Shown: positions 10,008 to 19,373 of the stretch, in pieces
How the letters are laid out: every line of letters starts with the position of its first letter
How positions within the stretch are numbered: position 1 is the first letter of the stretch
Assembly (NCBI GenBank): GCA_018003655.1
Contig: JAGNDY010000005.1
Location: 1-54,966, forward strand
DNA length: 54,966 nt
Direction of reading: 5' to 3'
Source of the DNA: Candidatus Nanopelagicales bacterium
GTDB lineage: Bacteria > Actinomycetota > Actinomycetes > S36-B12 > UBA10799
Notes under the pieces: model-generated
Database searches by the model: none
What the model was told of the DNA's origin: nothing
What the model saw: only the letters and a program-made list of their open reading frames with translations
Position numbers and translations under genes: made by a program

Positions 10008-11293
10008 GGCCGAGCCTCCTGTGAATCGCGGCCAGTCGATCTGGCCAGTGGTGACGCCTGTGCGGGCCTCACGACGTTGCCGCGGACGCTGGGCAGTCGA
10101 AGTGTGAACGTACTGCCCTCCCCTTCCACCGACCAAACCGTGACGTCGCCGCCATGGTTACGGCAGACGTGTTTGACAATCGCCAGGCCCAGGCCGGTAC
10201 CGCCGGTAACCCGTGAACGCGCCTGATCGACGCGGTAGAACCGTTCAAAGATTCGATCAACCTCAGCGGCGGGAATCCCGATGCCTTGGTCGGTCACGCT
10301 GATCTCGATTACCTGATTCGTCGTTTTGGTCGCGACTGCTATGCGGGTGTTGGGCGGGCTGTAGGACACAGCGTTGGACAACAGATTGCGTAGCGCAGTG
10401 ACCAGTTGGCTTTCCACGCCGTGGGCGATCAGGTGGTGCGTCCCGCCGGCGACAATCTCGATCCGGCCGGAGTCGGCAGCCATTCGCATTGAGTCGATTG
10501 CCTCGGTAACCACCGCGTCGACATCGACCGCCTCTGCATTGGCCATCGGGTCATCACCCTGCAGTCGTGACAGGTCAACCAAGTCGGCGACCAGGTTCGA
10601 CAGACGCGCGGTCTCCAGTTGCATCCGTCCGGCAAAGTGCCGGACCTCATCCGGGTCATCGGATGCCGCTAGCACCGCTTCAGCCAGTAACGACAGGGCA
10701 CCAACGGGGGTCTTCAGTTCGTGGCTGACGTTCGCAACGAAGTCCCTGCGAACCTCGTCCACTCGGCGTGCGCTGGACAGGTCTTCCAACATCACCAGGT
10801 TCGCCCGCGCGGTGATCGGCGTGATGCGCGCGAGCAAGTCGAGGCGGCCACCGCGGAAAGCGGGTCGACGGACATTCAATTCCTCTTCCACTACCTGCCC
10901 AGGGTGGCGCACAGTCACCGCGACGCGAGCGATCTCTGGATCCGCAATTCCACTGGGTTGGATCAGGCCGAGGTCCGCCGCTCGGGCAGACGCGCTGAGC
11001 ACCGTCCCGTTACCGGAATCCACCACCATTGAGGTGCCTGGCAAGGCCGAGATCGCGCGGATTACCAAATCGGCAGAGATATCGGCTGGCATCGACCCGG
11101 GGGCTTTCGCGGTCGAATGTGCCAAACCATGATCGGGATGGTGGCGGCTGAGCCATAGCCACACGACGAACGCACCCACTAGCGCGCCTGCGATAAGGGC
11201 AGTCAGGACTGCTGCCCCACTGGCATCCACGATTTGAGCATAGGGCCGAATTGTCCGGCGCCGACCCGCGCCTGCTGATTCGAGACCTTGCAC
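10004..11293 (-). CDS. senX3: Sensor histidine kinase (SenX3/PhoR-type)
   Basis: N-terminal TM helix, H-box SHELKTPVGAL, N-box LLSNAVSYSP, and G-boxes DQGIGIP and GGTGLGLAIV. The start is uncertain: GTG 11293 or GTG 11230. Confidence 0.88.
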   Translation of the reverse strand: MQGLESAGAGRRRTIRPYAQIVDASGAAVLTALIAGALVGAFVVWLWLSRHHPDHGLAHSTAKAPGSMPADISADLVIRAISALPGTSMVVDSGNGTVLSASARAADLGLIQPSGIADPEIARVAVTVRHPGQVVEEELNVRRPAFRGGRLDLLARITPITARANLVMLEDLSSARRVDEVRRDFVANVSHELKTPVGALSLLAEAVLAASDDPDEVRHFAGRMQLETARLSNLVADLVDLSRLQGDDPMANAEAVDVDAVVTEAIDSMRMAADSGRIEIVAGGTHHLIAHGVESQLVTALRNLLSNAVSYSPPNTRIAVATKTTNQVIEISVTDQGIGIPAAEVDRIFERFYRVDQARSRVTGGTGLGLAIVKHVCRNHGGDVTVWSVEGEGSTFTLRLPSVRGNVVRPAQASPLARSTGRDSQEARP

Positions 11294-11300
11294 ACCTGCT

Positions 11301-11344
11301 GTTCACTTGTCGGCCACCTGCCGTTGCCCGCTGGTAACCAACTG
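11301..11344 (+). promoter_or_regulatory. Four phased 11-nt PHO-box-like direct repeats in the senX3/phoU divergent region
   Basis: GTTCACTTGTC GGCCACCTGCC GTTGCCCGCTG GTAACCAACTG. The units resemble the actinomycete PHO direct-repeat unit G(G/T)TCAYYYR(G/C)G. The first unit is the best match. Confidence 0.4.
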
Positions 11345-11397
11345 TTCGCGCAAGTGTGTGGTTCCGGTTCGGCCATACGGACTACTCTGGAACCATC

Positions 11398-12057
11398 ATG
11401 CGGACCACATACCACGAAGAACTCGAAGATTTCGATGAGAAGCTGGTGGAGCTGACTCGCCTCGTCGACGCAGCGATGCTGGCGGCTACCCAGTCTCTCC
11501 TCGATGCCGACCTGAGCAAGGCTGAGGCTGTCATCGCCGGTGACGACGCCATCGATGTGCTCGCGGCGGATTTGGAAGATCGCGCCCTCAACCTGGTTGC
11601 ACTTCAGGCTCCAGTGGCCACCGAGTTGCGCGTCCTGCTCTCCGGCCTGCGGATCTCCGCATCGCTTGAGCGGATGGGCGACTTGGCGACCCACGTGGCG
11701 AAGGCGACCCGGATGCGGTACCCGGCACACGCGGTGCCAGCGGAGCTACGAGGAATCTTCATTGAGATGGGGTCGGTCGCCGAGCGGATCGTCCGACGCA
11801 CTGGTGAGGTGCTCAGTGAGCGCGATGTCCCTGGGGCCGAGGGCTTGGCCGCGATGGACGACGACATGGACAGATTGCACCGGGAATTGTTTCAAGCGGT
11901 GCTCGATCCCACGTGGCCCTACGGCATTGAAGCGGCCGTCGACATCACGCTGCTGTCGCGCTACTACGAGCGATTTGCCGACCACGCGGTCACGATCGGG
12001 ATGCGGGTTGTTCACATCGTGACCGGCGAACCGTACGTCTCACGTTCCGCTAGCTGA
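11398..12057 (+). CDS. phoU: Phosphate signalling complex protein PhoU
   Basis: About 220 aa and all-helical, with two PhoU repeats (AVIAGDDAIDVLAADLEDRA; AMDDDMDRLHRELF). Divergent from senX3-regX3. Confidence 0.9.
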   Translation: MRTTYHEELEDFDEKLVELTRLVDAAMLAATQSLLDADLSKAEAVIAGDDAIDVLAADLEDRALNLVALQAPVATELRVLLSGLRISASLERMGDLATHVAKATRMRYPAHAVPAELRGIFIEMGSVAERIVRRTGEVLSERDVPGAEGLAAMDDDMDRLHRELFQAVLDPTWPYGIEAAVDITLLSRYYERFADHAVTIGMRVVHIVTGEPYVSRSAS

Positions 12058-12133
12058 ACCAATTTCACGCACGCAGTCGGAATACGCGCGGACCGGATTC
12101 TTGTTGGCGCCCTGAAGAGGGGGCAGCCGAGTA

Positions 12134-13483
12134 GTGAGCGAGAACATGCGCGACCATCGAGACGTGTCCGTCCTGTCCGTCCCCGACGCGAGCCTGCGCC
12201 CGAGCCGTGCGGCCGTCCTATCGGTACACACCTCGCCGTTGGATCAGCCCGGTACCGGGGACGCTGGTGGTTTGAATGTCTATGTTGTGGAGCTTTCGCG
12301 GCGTCTCGCAGCGGCGGGCGTCGATGTGGAGATCTTCACCAGGGCGACCAGGCCGGAGTTGCCGCCGGTCGTGGAGTTAGCCGACGGAATTCTGGTCCGA
12401 CACATTGAATCCGGTCCGCTGGAGGACATTCGCAAGGAGGACCTCCCGGCCCAGTTGTGCTCGCTGACCGCAGGTGTTCTGCGCGCGGAGGCGAATCGGC
12501 CGCCGGGCTGGTTCGACGTCATTCACTCCCACTACTGGCTCTCCGGCCAAGTCGGGTCGGTAGCCAGTGACCGCTGGGACGTACCGCTGATTCACTCGAT
12601 GCACACCATGGCCAAGGTGAAGAATGCCGCGCTGGCGACCGACGACGTCCCAGAGCCTCCGATGCGGGTCATGGGCGAGCAACAAGTTGTCGAAACCGCC
12701 GACCACCTGGTTGCAAATACCGAGGCCGAAGCCACCGAGTTGGTAGACCTATATGACGCCGACCCCGACCGGGTCTCTGTCATTCACCCCGGCGTGGATC
12801 TTGAGTTGTTCACCCCGGGTCGCCGCGCGGACGCCCGTGCCAGAAGAGGCTTGGCCAGCGATGCTCTCGTCCTGCTCTTTGTCGGCAGGATTCAGCCCCT
12901 CAAGGCCCCCGATGTCGTCATCCAGGCGACTGCGGCTCTCGTGGCGCAGTCGCCTGGTCTGCGTGATCGCCTCGTCACGGTTGTGTGCGGTGGACCATCC
13001 GGGGCCGGCGTTGAACGACTTGATGAACTGCGCAAATTGGCCGCCTCGCTCGGCGTAACTGACCTGGTGCGGTTCGAGCCGCCAGCGACCCGGGCAGAAC
13101 TCGCACAGTGGTACCGAGCTGCCGACCTGGTCTGCGTTCCGTCCTACTCCGAGAGCTTCGGGTTGGTCGCCGTCGAGGCGCAGGCTTCCGGTACGCCGGT
13201 TGTCGCCGCGGACGTGGGCGGGCTGCGAACGGCGGTGGCCGATGGAGTGTCCGGATTGCTCATCCCCGGCCACAACCCGCATCTTTGGGCGAACACGATC
13301 GAGGATTTGCTGACAACCCCGCGCCAATTGGAGGCGTTGGCAACCAACGCACGCAAGCACGCGACGAACTTCGGCTGGGCGGCCACGACGGCGTCAACGC
13401 TGGAGGTTTACCGCAAAGCAATGCGAACCCGGCGGCTGCGCACCATCGAGGCCCTCGTCGCAAGCGATCGGAGCACCGCGTGA
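12134..13483 (+). CDS. mshA: D-inositol-3-phosphate glycosyltransferase (mycothiol biosynthesis)
   Basis: GT4 enzyme. [22 protein letters not shown] is typical of MshA, and the C-terminal [23 protein letters not shown] is the E-x7-E region. Start GTG 12134 or ATG 12146. Confidence 0.92.
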   Translation: MSENMRDHRDVSVLSVPDASLRPSRAAVLSVHTSPLDQPGTGDAGGLNVYVVELSRRLAAAGVDVEIFTRATRPELPPVVELADGILVRHIESGPLEDIRKEDLPAQLCSLTAGVLRAEANRPPGWFDVIHSHYWLSGQVGSVASDRWDVPLIHSMHTMAKVKNAALATDDVPEPPMRVMGEQQVVETADHLVANTEAEATELVDLYDADPDRVSVIHPGVDLELFTPGRRADARARRGLASDALVLLFVGRIQPLKAPDVVIQATAALVAQSPGLRDRLVTVVCGGPSGAGVERLDELRKLAASLGVTDLVRFEPPATRAELAQWYRAADLVCVPSYSESFGLVAVEAQASGTPVVAADVGGLRTAVADGVSGLLIPGHNPHLWANTIEDLLTTPRQLEALATNARKHATNFGWAATTASTLEVYRKAMRTRRLRTIEALVASDRSTA

Positions 13484-13995
13484 ACGACCTGAACGACGCG
13501 CAACTCGTGGCCCGTGAGGTCATCGTCACCTACCTGCAGGCCGCTGGGATCGACTTCGAGGAGACCCAACCTGGTTCCTTCGCCGCCACGCTCCCAGGCG
13601 AGCACCGGCTCAAGACCACAACGTCGCTGGTCGTCGGAAGCTCAACGGTGTCCATCAACGCGTTCGTGGTTCGCAATCCTGATGAAAATCACGAGGGTGT
13701 CTACCGGTGGCTGCTGGAGCGCAATCGTCGCCTCTACGGCGTCAGCTATGCGATCGACCAACTCGGCGACGTGTACTTGGTCGGTCGGGTTCCGCTGCAT
13801 GCCGTCACGGAAGCCGAAGTAGATCGTGTGTTGGGGTCGGTGTTGGAGAACTCCGACGGTGCCTTCGACCGTCTGCTCGAGCTGGGGTTCGCGACAGCTA
13901 TCAGCCGGGAGTGGCAGTGGCGGATATCCCGGGGCGAGAGCACTCGCAACTTGGCGGCATTCGCGCACTTGGCCAACCCAACTGCGGAGGCCTGA
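13480..13995 (+). CDS. YbjN-domain protein (Rv0487-position)
   Basis: GTG 13480 overlaps the mshA stop (GTGA). About 170 aa, sitting between mshA and gpmA as in mycobacteria. Confidence 0.75.
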   Translation: MNDLNDAQLVAREVIVTYLQAAGIDFEETQPGSFAATLPGEHRLKTTTSLVVGSSTVSINAFVVRNPDENHEGVYRWLLERNRRLYGVSYAIDQLGDVYLVGRVPLHAVTEAEVDRVLGSVLENSDGAFDRLLELGFATAISREWQWRISRGESTRNLAAFAHLANPTAEA

Positions 13996-14029
13996 TCGAC
14001 GACCGCGCACGATGCGGCAAGATGAAGTC

Positions 14030-14788
14030 ATGACCTCGACGACTGTTGGCAAGTTGGTGCTGCTTCGACATGGCCAGAGCACCTGGAACTCCCGCAATCT
14101 GTTCACCGGGTGGGTAGACGTTGAGCTCACCGAACAAGGGGTAGTCGAGGCCGTTAGTGGCGGGAGAATGCTCGCCGACGCCGAGCTGCTGCCAGATGTC
14201 GTCCACACTTCCGTGTTGCGTAGGGCAATCCTGACTTCCCAACTCGCCCTCGATGCTTGCGGCCGGTCCTGGATCCCGGTTCATCGATCCTGGCGACTCA
14301 ACGAACGTCACTACGGCGCGTTGCAGGGCAAGGACAAGAAGCAGACCCTGGCCGAGTTCGGTGAGGAGCAGTTCCTGCTGTGGCGTCGGTCGTTCGACAC
14401 CCCGCCGCCGCCGATCGACCCGGACAGCCAGTTCGCGCAGACCCACGACGTTCGCTACGCCGACCTGGCACCGGAAATCCTGCCTCGATCGGAATGCCTC
14501 AAAGACGTCATCGATCGGATGCTGCCGTACTGGTACGACGCGATCGTTCCCGATCTGCGGGCTGGCAAGACGGTCCTTGTGACCGCTCACGGCAACTCAC
14601 TGCGTGGCCTCGTCAAGCACCTCGACGGCATCTCCGACGAGGACATCGCCGGACTCAACATCCCGACGGGTATCCCGCTGCTCTATGCGCTGGATCAGGA
14701 ACTCAAACCACTGGTCGCTGGCGGGAACTACCTCGATCCGGCGGCCGCCGCGACCGCAGCGGCCGCCGTTGCGAGCCAGGGCCACTAG
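14030..14788 (+). CDS. gpmA: 2,3-bisphosphoglycerate-dependent phosphoglycerate mutase
   Basis: [29 protein letters not shown] carries the catalytic RHG, and VTAHGNSLR carries the second His. Confidence 0.95.
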   Translation: MTSTTVGKLVLLRHGQSTWNSRNLFTGWVDVELTEQGVVEAVSGGRMLADAELLPDVVHTSVLRRAILTSQLALDACGRSWIPVHRSWRLNERHYGALQGKDKKQTLAEFGEEQFLLWRRSFDTPPPPIDPDSQFAQTHDVRYADLAPEILPRSECLKDVIDRMLPYWYDAIVPDLRAGKTVLVTAHGNSLRGLVKHLDGISDEDIAGLNIPTGIPLLYALDQELKPLVAGGNYLDPAAAATAAAAVASQGH

Positions 14789-14796
14789 CCGCGGCA

Positions 14797-15063
14797 CTAG
14801 CGACGAGTAATCTCCAGCACTTTGGTCCGAACGTCAGCCAAGTAGTAGCCGGCAAGCACCAACGCGGCCAGCCCCAGTAGGCCAACGCCGCCGAAGAACA
14901 GCTGAAGGGCGACGCCGACGCCGAGGAACGCGATCCAAGCGAGCTTGGTCTGTCGTTCGACAGCCGGGAACGCAGCAGCGGGGCGGATAAGGCAATCAAC
15001 GAACGCCCACACGTTGATCGCCAACATGAGGAAGTACACGGCGTTCATGGCCATCTGCATCAT
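14797..15063 (-). CDS. DUF2516-family small membrane protein
   Basis: 88 aa with three hydrophobic helices. Sits next to the HbhA-position gene, as Rv0476 does. Confidence 0.7.
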   Translation of the reverse strand: MMQMAMNAVYFLMLAINVWAFVDCLIRPAAAFPAVERQTKLAWIAFLGVGVALQLFFGGVGLLGLAALVLAGYYLADVRTKVLEITRR

Positions 15064-15094
15064 GGGCTTACTGTACGGAATGGCGCCACGAGCG

Positions 15095-15124
15095 AGGCCC
15101 GCCCCACCGATGGTGGGACGGGCC
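15095..15124 (-). terminator. Stem-loop downstream of the Lys-rich protein gene
   Basis: aggcccgccccacc / gat / ggtgggacgggcct, a 14-bp stem with one mismatch. No clear U-tract. Confidence 0.35.
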
Positions 15125-15159
15125 TGGCTGTGAATCGCTGACGAATCAGCGGTTTGCGT

Positions 15160-15636
15160 TTACTTGATGCCTAGCCGATCGCGAACCTGGGCGACTGCCT
15201 CATCAAAGCTCTTGCGAACCTCGACGTAGCGGGCGCTGACACGCTCACGGAGGTCGATGACGACCTCTTGGGCGCGGGCCGGAGCCGCAACAACGGCTTC
15301 TTGAACGTTCTCAAGGCGCTCGACAACCTCGGCGCGAACGTCGTCGACCTTGGGAAGCTCGACGTTGGGAAGCTCAACCTTTGGCAGGTTCAGGTTGCGA
15401 ACGTTGGCCTTCTTGACGGCGGCCTTCGCTGTGCCCGTGGTCCGGCTGGCGCTCTTGGTGACCTTGGCCTTGGGAGCCGTTACGGTCTTCTTCGCGGTGG
15501 CCGGCGTGGTCTTCTTGGCGGCGGGCTTGCGCGCTGCGGTCTTCTTGGCGGTCGGCTTGGTGGCCGGCGCGGTCTTCTTGGCAGCAGGCTTGCGCGCTGC
15601 GGTCTTCTTGGCTGTGGTGGTAGCCATATCGATCAT
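15160..15636 (-). CDS. Lys/Ala/Pro-rich basic protein with a coiled-coil C-terminal half (HbhA/histone-like position)
   Basis: The N-terminal half consists of AKKTAARKPAAKKT-type repeats, and the C-terminal half is helical (VDDVRAEVVERLENVQEAV...). Flanked by XRE and DUF2516 genes like Rv0474-Rv0476. ATG 15627 (MATTT) has the better SD spacing. Confidence 0.75.
   Translation of the reverse strand: MIDMATTTAKKTAARKPAAKKTAPATKPTAKKTAARKPAAKKTTPATAKKTVTAPKAKVTKSASRTTGTAKAAVKKANVRNLNLPKVELPNVELPKVDDVRAEVVERLENVQEAVVAAPARAQEVVIDLRERVSARYVEVRKSFDEAVAQVRDRLGIK
15484..15627 (-). repeat. In-frame tandem duplication (63-nt unit with 30/33-nt sub-repeats) encoding the Lys-rich repeats
   Basis: 15508..15570 is nearly identical to 15571..15627. 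The core ggtcttcttggc recurs at 15508, 15538, 15571 and 15601. Confidence 0.8.
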
Positions 15637-15680
15637 CCCTTTCGGTGGGTGAATTTCGGCGCTCCAACCGGTTGCTGCCC

Positions 15681-16163
15681 TTAGGAGGCGGCATCCAGCG
15701 GGTCGCCGGTCTTGGTGGGCCCTCCGACGTTCGTGACCCGAGGTAAGGGCAGGTCGCCCATTTCCTCACCGGGTGAGTCGGCGTCATTGCCTTCACCACG
15801 GATCGCGTGTTCGGTGGGTTGTGCGGCGTTCTCGGTTTGAAAAGCCGCGTAAATCTCCAGCAGAACCCGGCGTTGGCGATCGGTCAGGGCGGAGGTAGCC
15901 ATGATGGCCGCCGTTACCGAGACTGTCTCTCCGGTGTCCTCCAGAATTCCCGCCTTGACGTAGAGCGTCTCAGCGGAGATTCGTAGTGCCTTGGCTATCT
16001 GTCCAAGAATCTCGGCACTGGGTCTTCTGAGGCCACGCTCGATCTGGCTGAGGTATGGATTGGACACCTCAGAACTCGCGGCCAACTGCCGTAGGGACAG
16101 TTGGGCGAGTGTGCGCTGCTCACGGATGTACTCCCCAAGCCCGCCCACATCGATTCGCGCCAC
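15681..16163 (-). CDS. XRE-family helix-turn-helix transcriptional regulator
   Basis: HTH segment LSLRQLAASSEVSNPYLSQIERGLRRPSAEILGQIAKAL. Rv0474-like position. Confidence 0.85.
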   Translation of the reverse strand: MARIDVGGLGEYIREQRTLAQLSLRQLAASSEVSNPYLSQIERGLRRPSAEILGQIAKALRISAETLYVKAGILEDTGETVSVTAAIMATSALTDRQRRVLLEIYAAFQTENAAQPTEHAIRGEGNDADSPGEEMGDLPLPRVTNVGGPTKTGDPLDAAS

Positions 16164-16272
16164 ACCTCAATTGTGCCCCGGGTGCTTGCTATTGCAAACA
16201 CCCTGAGTAGGAGTGATTCTGTGAGGTCACGCACAATGCAGCGCGTAGTCGGGCAATAACAGGGTGGATGCC

Positions 16273-16818
16273 CTACTGGCGGCGTGCTGCAGCAAGCAAA
16301 TCGTCGACCTGCGCGGTGCCTTCGCGGTATCGGCGGGTGAGTTCGGTGCTCAGCCGATCGATCTGACGGTGGATCTGCGCGCGGGTGTCAGACACGATTC
16401 GTTCATGATCAGTCAAGGAGCCCAAGCACTCGCGAAGTTCGCCGTCGGTTGCAGTGGACACGTTGACGCTGGCGAGTTCGCTGAGAGCGACCTCGGCCTC
16501 CCGCGCCGTGCCATCTTCCCGAGTCGGATCGTTGAGCGAGACAAAGCGACCCTGGCCGGGCTTACCACCGGCAGGGTGGTCGGACAAGATCGTCGAAAGG
16601 TTGGCAATGAGCTCCTCGCCCTCGCCAGCGCGTCGACGCACTTCCGCGCGGATGATGTCGATTCGGCCGTGGAGGAGTCGACGAACGTAGGACAGTTCCT
16701 GCTCTTCGACCTCAGCATCACGGCGTGATTGGCGCAACTCCGCGAGGCTCAACTCAGCGAGACTCGACGTTGTGACGTCCAGCTCCGTAAGGCCATCGGA
16801 TTCGTGTGTACCGCCCAT
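16273..16818 (-). CDS. RsiG-like (AmfC-type) candidate c-di-GMP-binding anti-sigma factor
   Basis: 181 aa and helical, with two copies of E-x3-S-x2-R-x3-H-x3-D (E39..D54 and E139..D154). SYVRRLLHGRIDIIRAEV resembles the RsiG helix-1 signature. Confidence 0.5.
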   Translation of the reverse strand: MGGTHESDGLTELDVTTSSLAELSLAELRQSRRDAEVEEQELSYVRRLLHGRIDIIRAEVRRRAGEGEELIANLSTILSDHPAGGKPGQGRFVSLNDPTREDGTAREAEVALSELASVNVSTATDGELRECLGSLTDHERIVSDTRAQIHRQIDRLSTELTRRYREGTAQVDDLLAAARRQ

Positions 16819-16860
16819 GATCAGCCTTCCTATTTCTCGCTGATTGCCTGAGGATAACCC

Positions 16861-17298
16861 TCATACGTCCAATATCAATGTGATTGGACCCTCATTAGTC
16901 AGCTCAATCTGCATGTCAGCACCGAAGCGGCCGATCGCTACCGTCGTTCCGAATGCCTGTAGCTCATCGATGACCGCTGCGACCAGCGGCTCGGCCGCGG
17001 TCCTCGGCGCCGCCGACTCCCAGGTGGGACGCCGACCTTTTGTGAGTTGTCCGTAGAGGGTGAATTGACTAATTACCATTGCGGGCAAACCGAGATCGCC
17101 GATGCTGGCCTCTCGCCCGTCCGGGCCGTCAAAGATCCGCAAACCGTGCAACTTGCTGGCCAGCTTGCGCGCTTCCTCCTCGGTGTCGCTGTGGGTCACG
17201 CCAACCAGAACCACCAGGCCCAAACCCTGGAATTGTCCGATCACCTCACCAGCGACACTGACCCTTGCGGCTCGTGACCTTTGCACAACGGCACGCAT
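16861..17298 (-). CDS. dtd: D-aminoacyl-tRNA deacylase
   Basis: MRAVVQRS...VLVGVTHSDT...SQFTLYG...GRRP...FGADMQIELTNEGPIT is the canonical Dtd pattern. The ATG overlaps the ygfZ stop by 1 nt. Confidence 0.93.
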   Translation of the reverse strand: MRAVVQRSRAARVSVAGEVIGQFQGLGLVVLVGVTHSDTEEEARKLASKLHGLRIFDGPDGREASIGDLGLPAMVISQFTLYGQLTKGRRPTWESAAPRTAAEPLVAAVIDELQAFGTTVAIGRFGADMQIELTNEGPITLILDV

Positions 17299-18338
17299 CA
17301 GCCGACCACAACCGCCTCTTGGGCTGCGTCGATCAGCGAACCATCGCTGCCGCGCCGAACGACCAGCGCAGCATCGGTGGGCACCGACCGTTTAACGATG
17401 GCCGTCGCGATGGGGCCAAGTTCGTAATGTCGGGCTACCGATCCGATCTGGCCAACCACGCGATCGCCGAACAGGACCTCGTCGCCATGGGCAGGCACCT
17501 CGTTGGTCGAGCCGTCGAGGTGCAGCAGGACGAGTCGACGCGGAGGCCGACCCAGGTTGTGAACGCGGGCAACCGTCTCCTGACCGCGGTAGCAGCCTTT
17601 GGACAGGTGAACTGCCGGCCCAATCCAGCCCACCTCGTGCGGCAGGGTCTTGTGGTCGGTATCCGACCCCATGCGCGGTACCGCTGCTGCCACCCTGAGC
17701 GCGTTCCACGCCCAGGATCCCGCGAGCGAAGGCGCAGCGGCCAAGATGCCCGCCAGTTCGGAGCGCGGGACGATCGTCTCTTCGCCTTGCCACACCGCAG
17801 GTCGCGCGGGCACGTATCGGTCGGCGCCGCCACCCCGGTCGGTGCCCGCCTCGGTCAAACCGGTCCCGGCATAGTCGGCCGGAACCCGCCAGCGGGTGTA
17901 ATCGCCGGATAGCTCGATGTCCGCTCCGACCCAGATCACCGCGTAGTCCTGCGAAACGTCGGCAACGGTCACGTCGCGCATGAACTTCATGGAGTTCAAG
18001 TAGGCCACCACGGCTTGCGCGGTGCCGGGCTCGATAGTCATCCAGGTCTGGTTGCCGTCATCAACCACGTGGAGGTCATGCTCCACGTGACCGTGCGGGT
18101 CGAGGATCAACGCTTGGGCGCTCTCGCCGGCGGCCAGTTGCAGCACGAGCTGACTGGTCAGGTCATTGAGCCAGCCGAGCCGATCTGGACCGGACACGGT
18201 CACAACTCCGCGGTGGGACAGGTCCACAATCGCCGAGCCGCTTGCCAATTCCCGCTGCTCGCGGTGCGGATCTCCGTAGTGCCAGGGCACCCCTACATCG
18301 GCATCGTTGTCCGGTGCTGGAATCGGCTTATCAGTCAT
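17298..18338 (-). CDS. ygfZ: Folate-binding protein YgfZ (GcvT-like)
   Basis: Contains the KGCYRGQETVARV signature (K-G-C-Y-x-G-Q-E). 346 aa. Confidence 0.88.
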   Translation of the reverse strand: MTDKPIPAPDNDADVGVPWHYGDPHREQRELASGSAIVDLSHRGVVTVSGPDRLGWLNDLTSQLVLQLAAGESAQALILDPHGHVEHDLHVVDDGNQTWMTIEPGTAQAVVAYLNSMKFMRDVTVADVSQDYAVIWVGADIELSGDYTRWRVPADYAGTGLTEAGTDRGGGADRYVPARPAVWQGEETIVPRSELAGILAAAPSLAGSWAWNALRVAAAVPRMGSDTDHKTLPHEVGWIGPAVHLSKGCYRGQETVARVHNLGRPPRRLVLLHLDGSTNEVPAHGDEVLFGDRVVGQIGSVARHYELGPIATAIVKRSVPTDAALVVRRGSDGSLIDAAQEAVVVG

Positions 18339-18400
18339 CAGGTCAGTTCACTTCCGTCGATTCGGTCACGGGTGTCCGGCTGCTCGTCTGCCGCTGGATG

Positions 18401-18826
18401 TCATCCACCGACTTTCTTGGCGCAGTCGCCACAGACTCCATGTAGTACCAAGTGCCCGACGTCGGCGATGAAGCCGGATTGCTCCGCCACCGCAGACACC
18501 ATCGGGTCCAACGTCGCCGCATCGATTTGCGATACCCGGTCACAACGTCGGCAAACCAGATGTATATGTGGGCGCTCGTCAATCGAGTGGTACGTCGGTG
18601 AGCCCTGCCCCAAGTGAGCGTGCGTGATCAGGCCGACGTCGTCGAGCAATTCCAGCGTTCGATAGACCGTTGACAAGTCGATAGCCGAACCGCGCCGACC
18701 CGCCTCGGCGAACACCTGGTCGGGGGTTGCGTGACGCACCTCGGCGATGACCTCCAACACGAGGATCCGCTGCGAGGTCGCCCGATGGCCGCGTGCCCGC
18801 AGTTGCTCTGCCCACCGATCGGACAT
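18401..18826 (-). CDS. Fur-family metalloregulator
   Basis: Winged helix (RATSQRILVLEVI...STVYRTLELLDDVGLI), a His-rich site HAHLGQGSPTYH, and two CxxC pairs (CRRC, CGDC). Start ATG 18826. Confidence 0.85.
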   Translation of the reverse strand: MSDRWAEQLRARGHRATSQRILVLEVIAEVRHATPDQVFAEAGRRGSAIDLSTVYRTLELLDDVGLITHAHLGQGSPTYHSIDERPHIHLVCRRCDRVSQIDAATLDPMVSAVAEQSGFIADVGHLVLHGVCGDCAKKVGG

Positions 18827-18836
18827 CTCGCCTCGC

Positions 18837-19373
18837 CTAGTCGACCTTGGCAAGGCGAGCCGACAAGTGGTTGCTCAGCCGCTCGCCAACCGCAGCCATG
18901 TCGAACGCCCAACCGAGATCACCCTCAATGAGGCCGTAGAGGCGGGTGCCACCGTCATACTCCTTGGCCGACTTGCTGCGCGCCACGATGTCGGTCCGTA
19001 GTTCCACCCTCGCGCCGGTGATCCGGGCGTCTTGGATAGCGGTTACTTCGACCTTGCCCTGATAGGTCTCCAGGTGGCCCGTCGAATGTACGAGCATCAC
19101 CTCGACCTCGTTGTCCGGCAGCGGACGCCAATAGCCGGATTCCGACGCGGCTGGCCGGATTCGATTGCCCTGCTCGTCAATGACCCACGAGACGCTGTTG
19201 TAGGTCAGGAACGGTCGCCCGTCAAAGGCGAAGGTCAGTTCCTGCCCGAACCGGAAATCCTCGATGGTGGGGTAGGTCCCGAGGCCGACTCCGACCCATC
19301 TGCCGATCAGCCACGAGAGGGGAACGAGCTGCTCAGGCAACTCGCTGGGTGCGGGCGAGGACTCGGTGCTCAT
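18837..19373 (-). CDS. Nitrobindin/FABP-like heme-binding beta-barrel protein (DUF1794)
   Basis: LSWLIGRWVGVGLGTYPTIEDFRFGQELTF is the family-typical N-terminal signature. 178 aa. Confidence 0.82.
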   Translation of the reverse strand: MSTESSPAPSELPEQLVPLSWLIGRWVGVGLGTYPTIEDFRFGQELTFAFDGRPFLTYNSVSWVIDEQGNRIRPAASESGYWRPLPDNEVEVMLVHSTGHLETYQGKVEVTAIQDARITGARVELRTDIVARSKSAKEYDGGTRLYGLIEGDLGWAFDMAAVGERLSNHLSARLAKVD

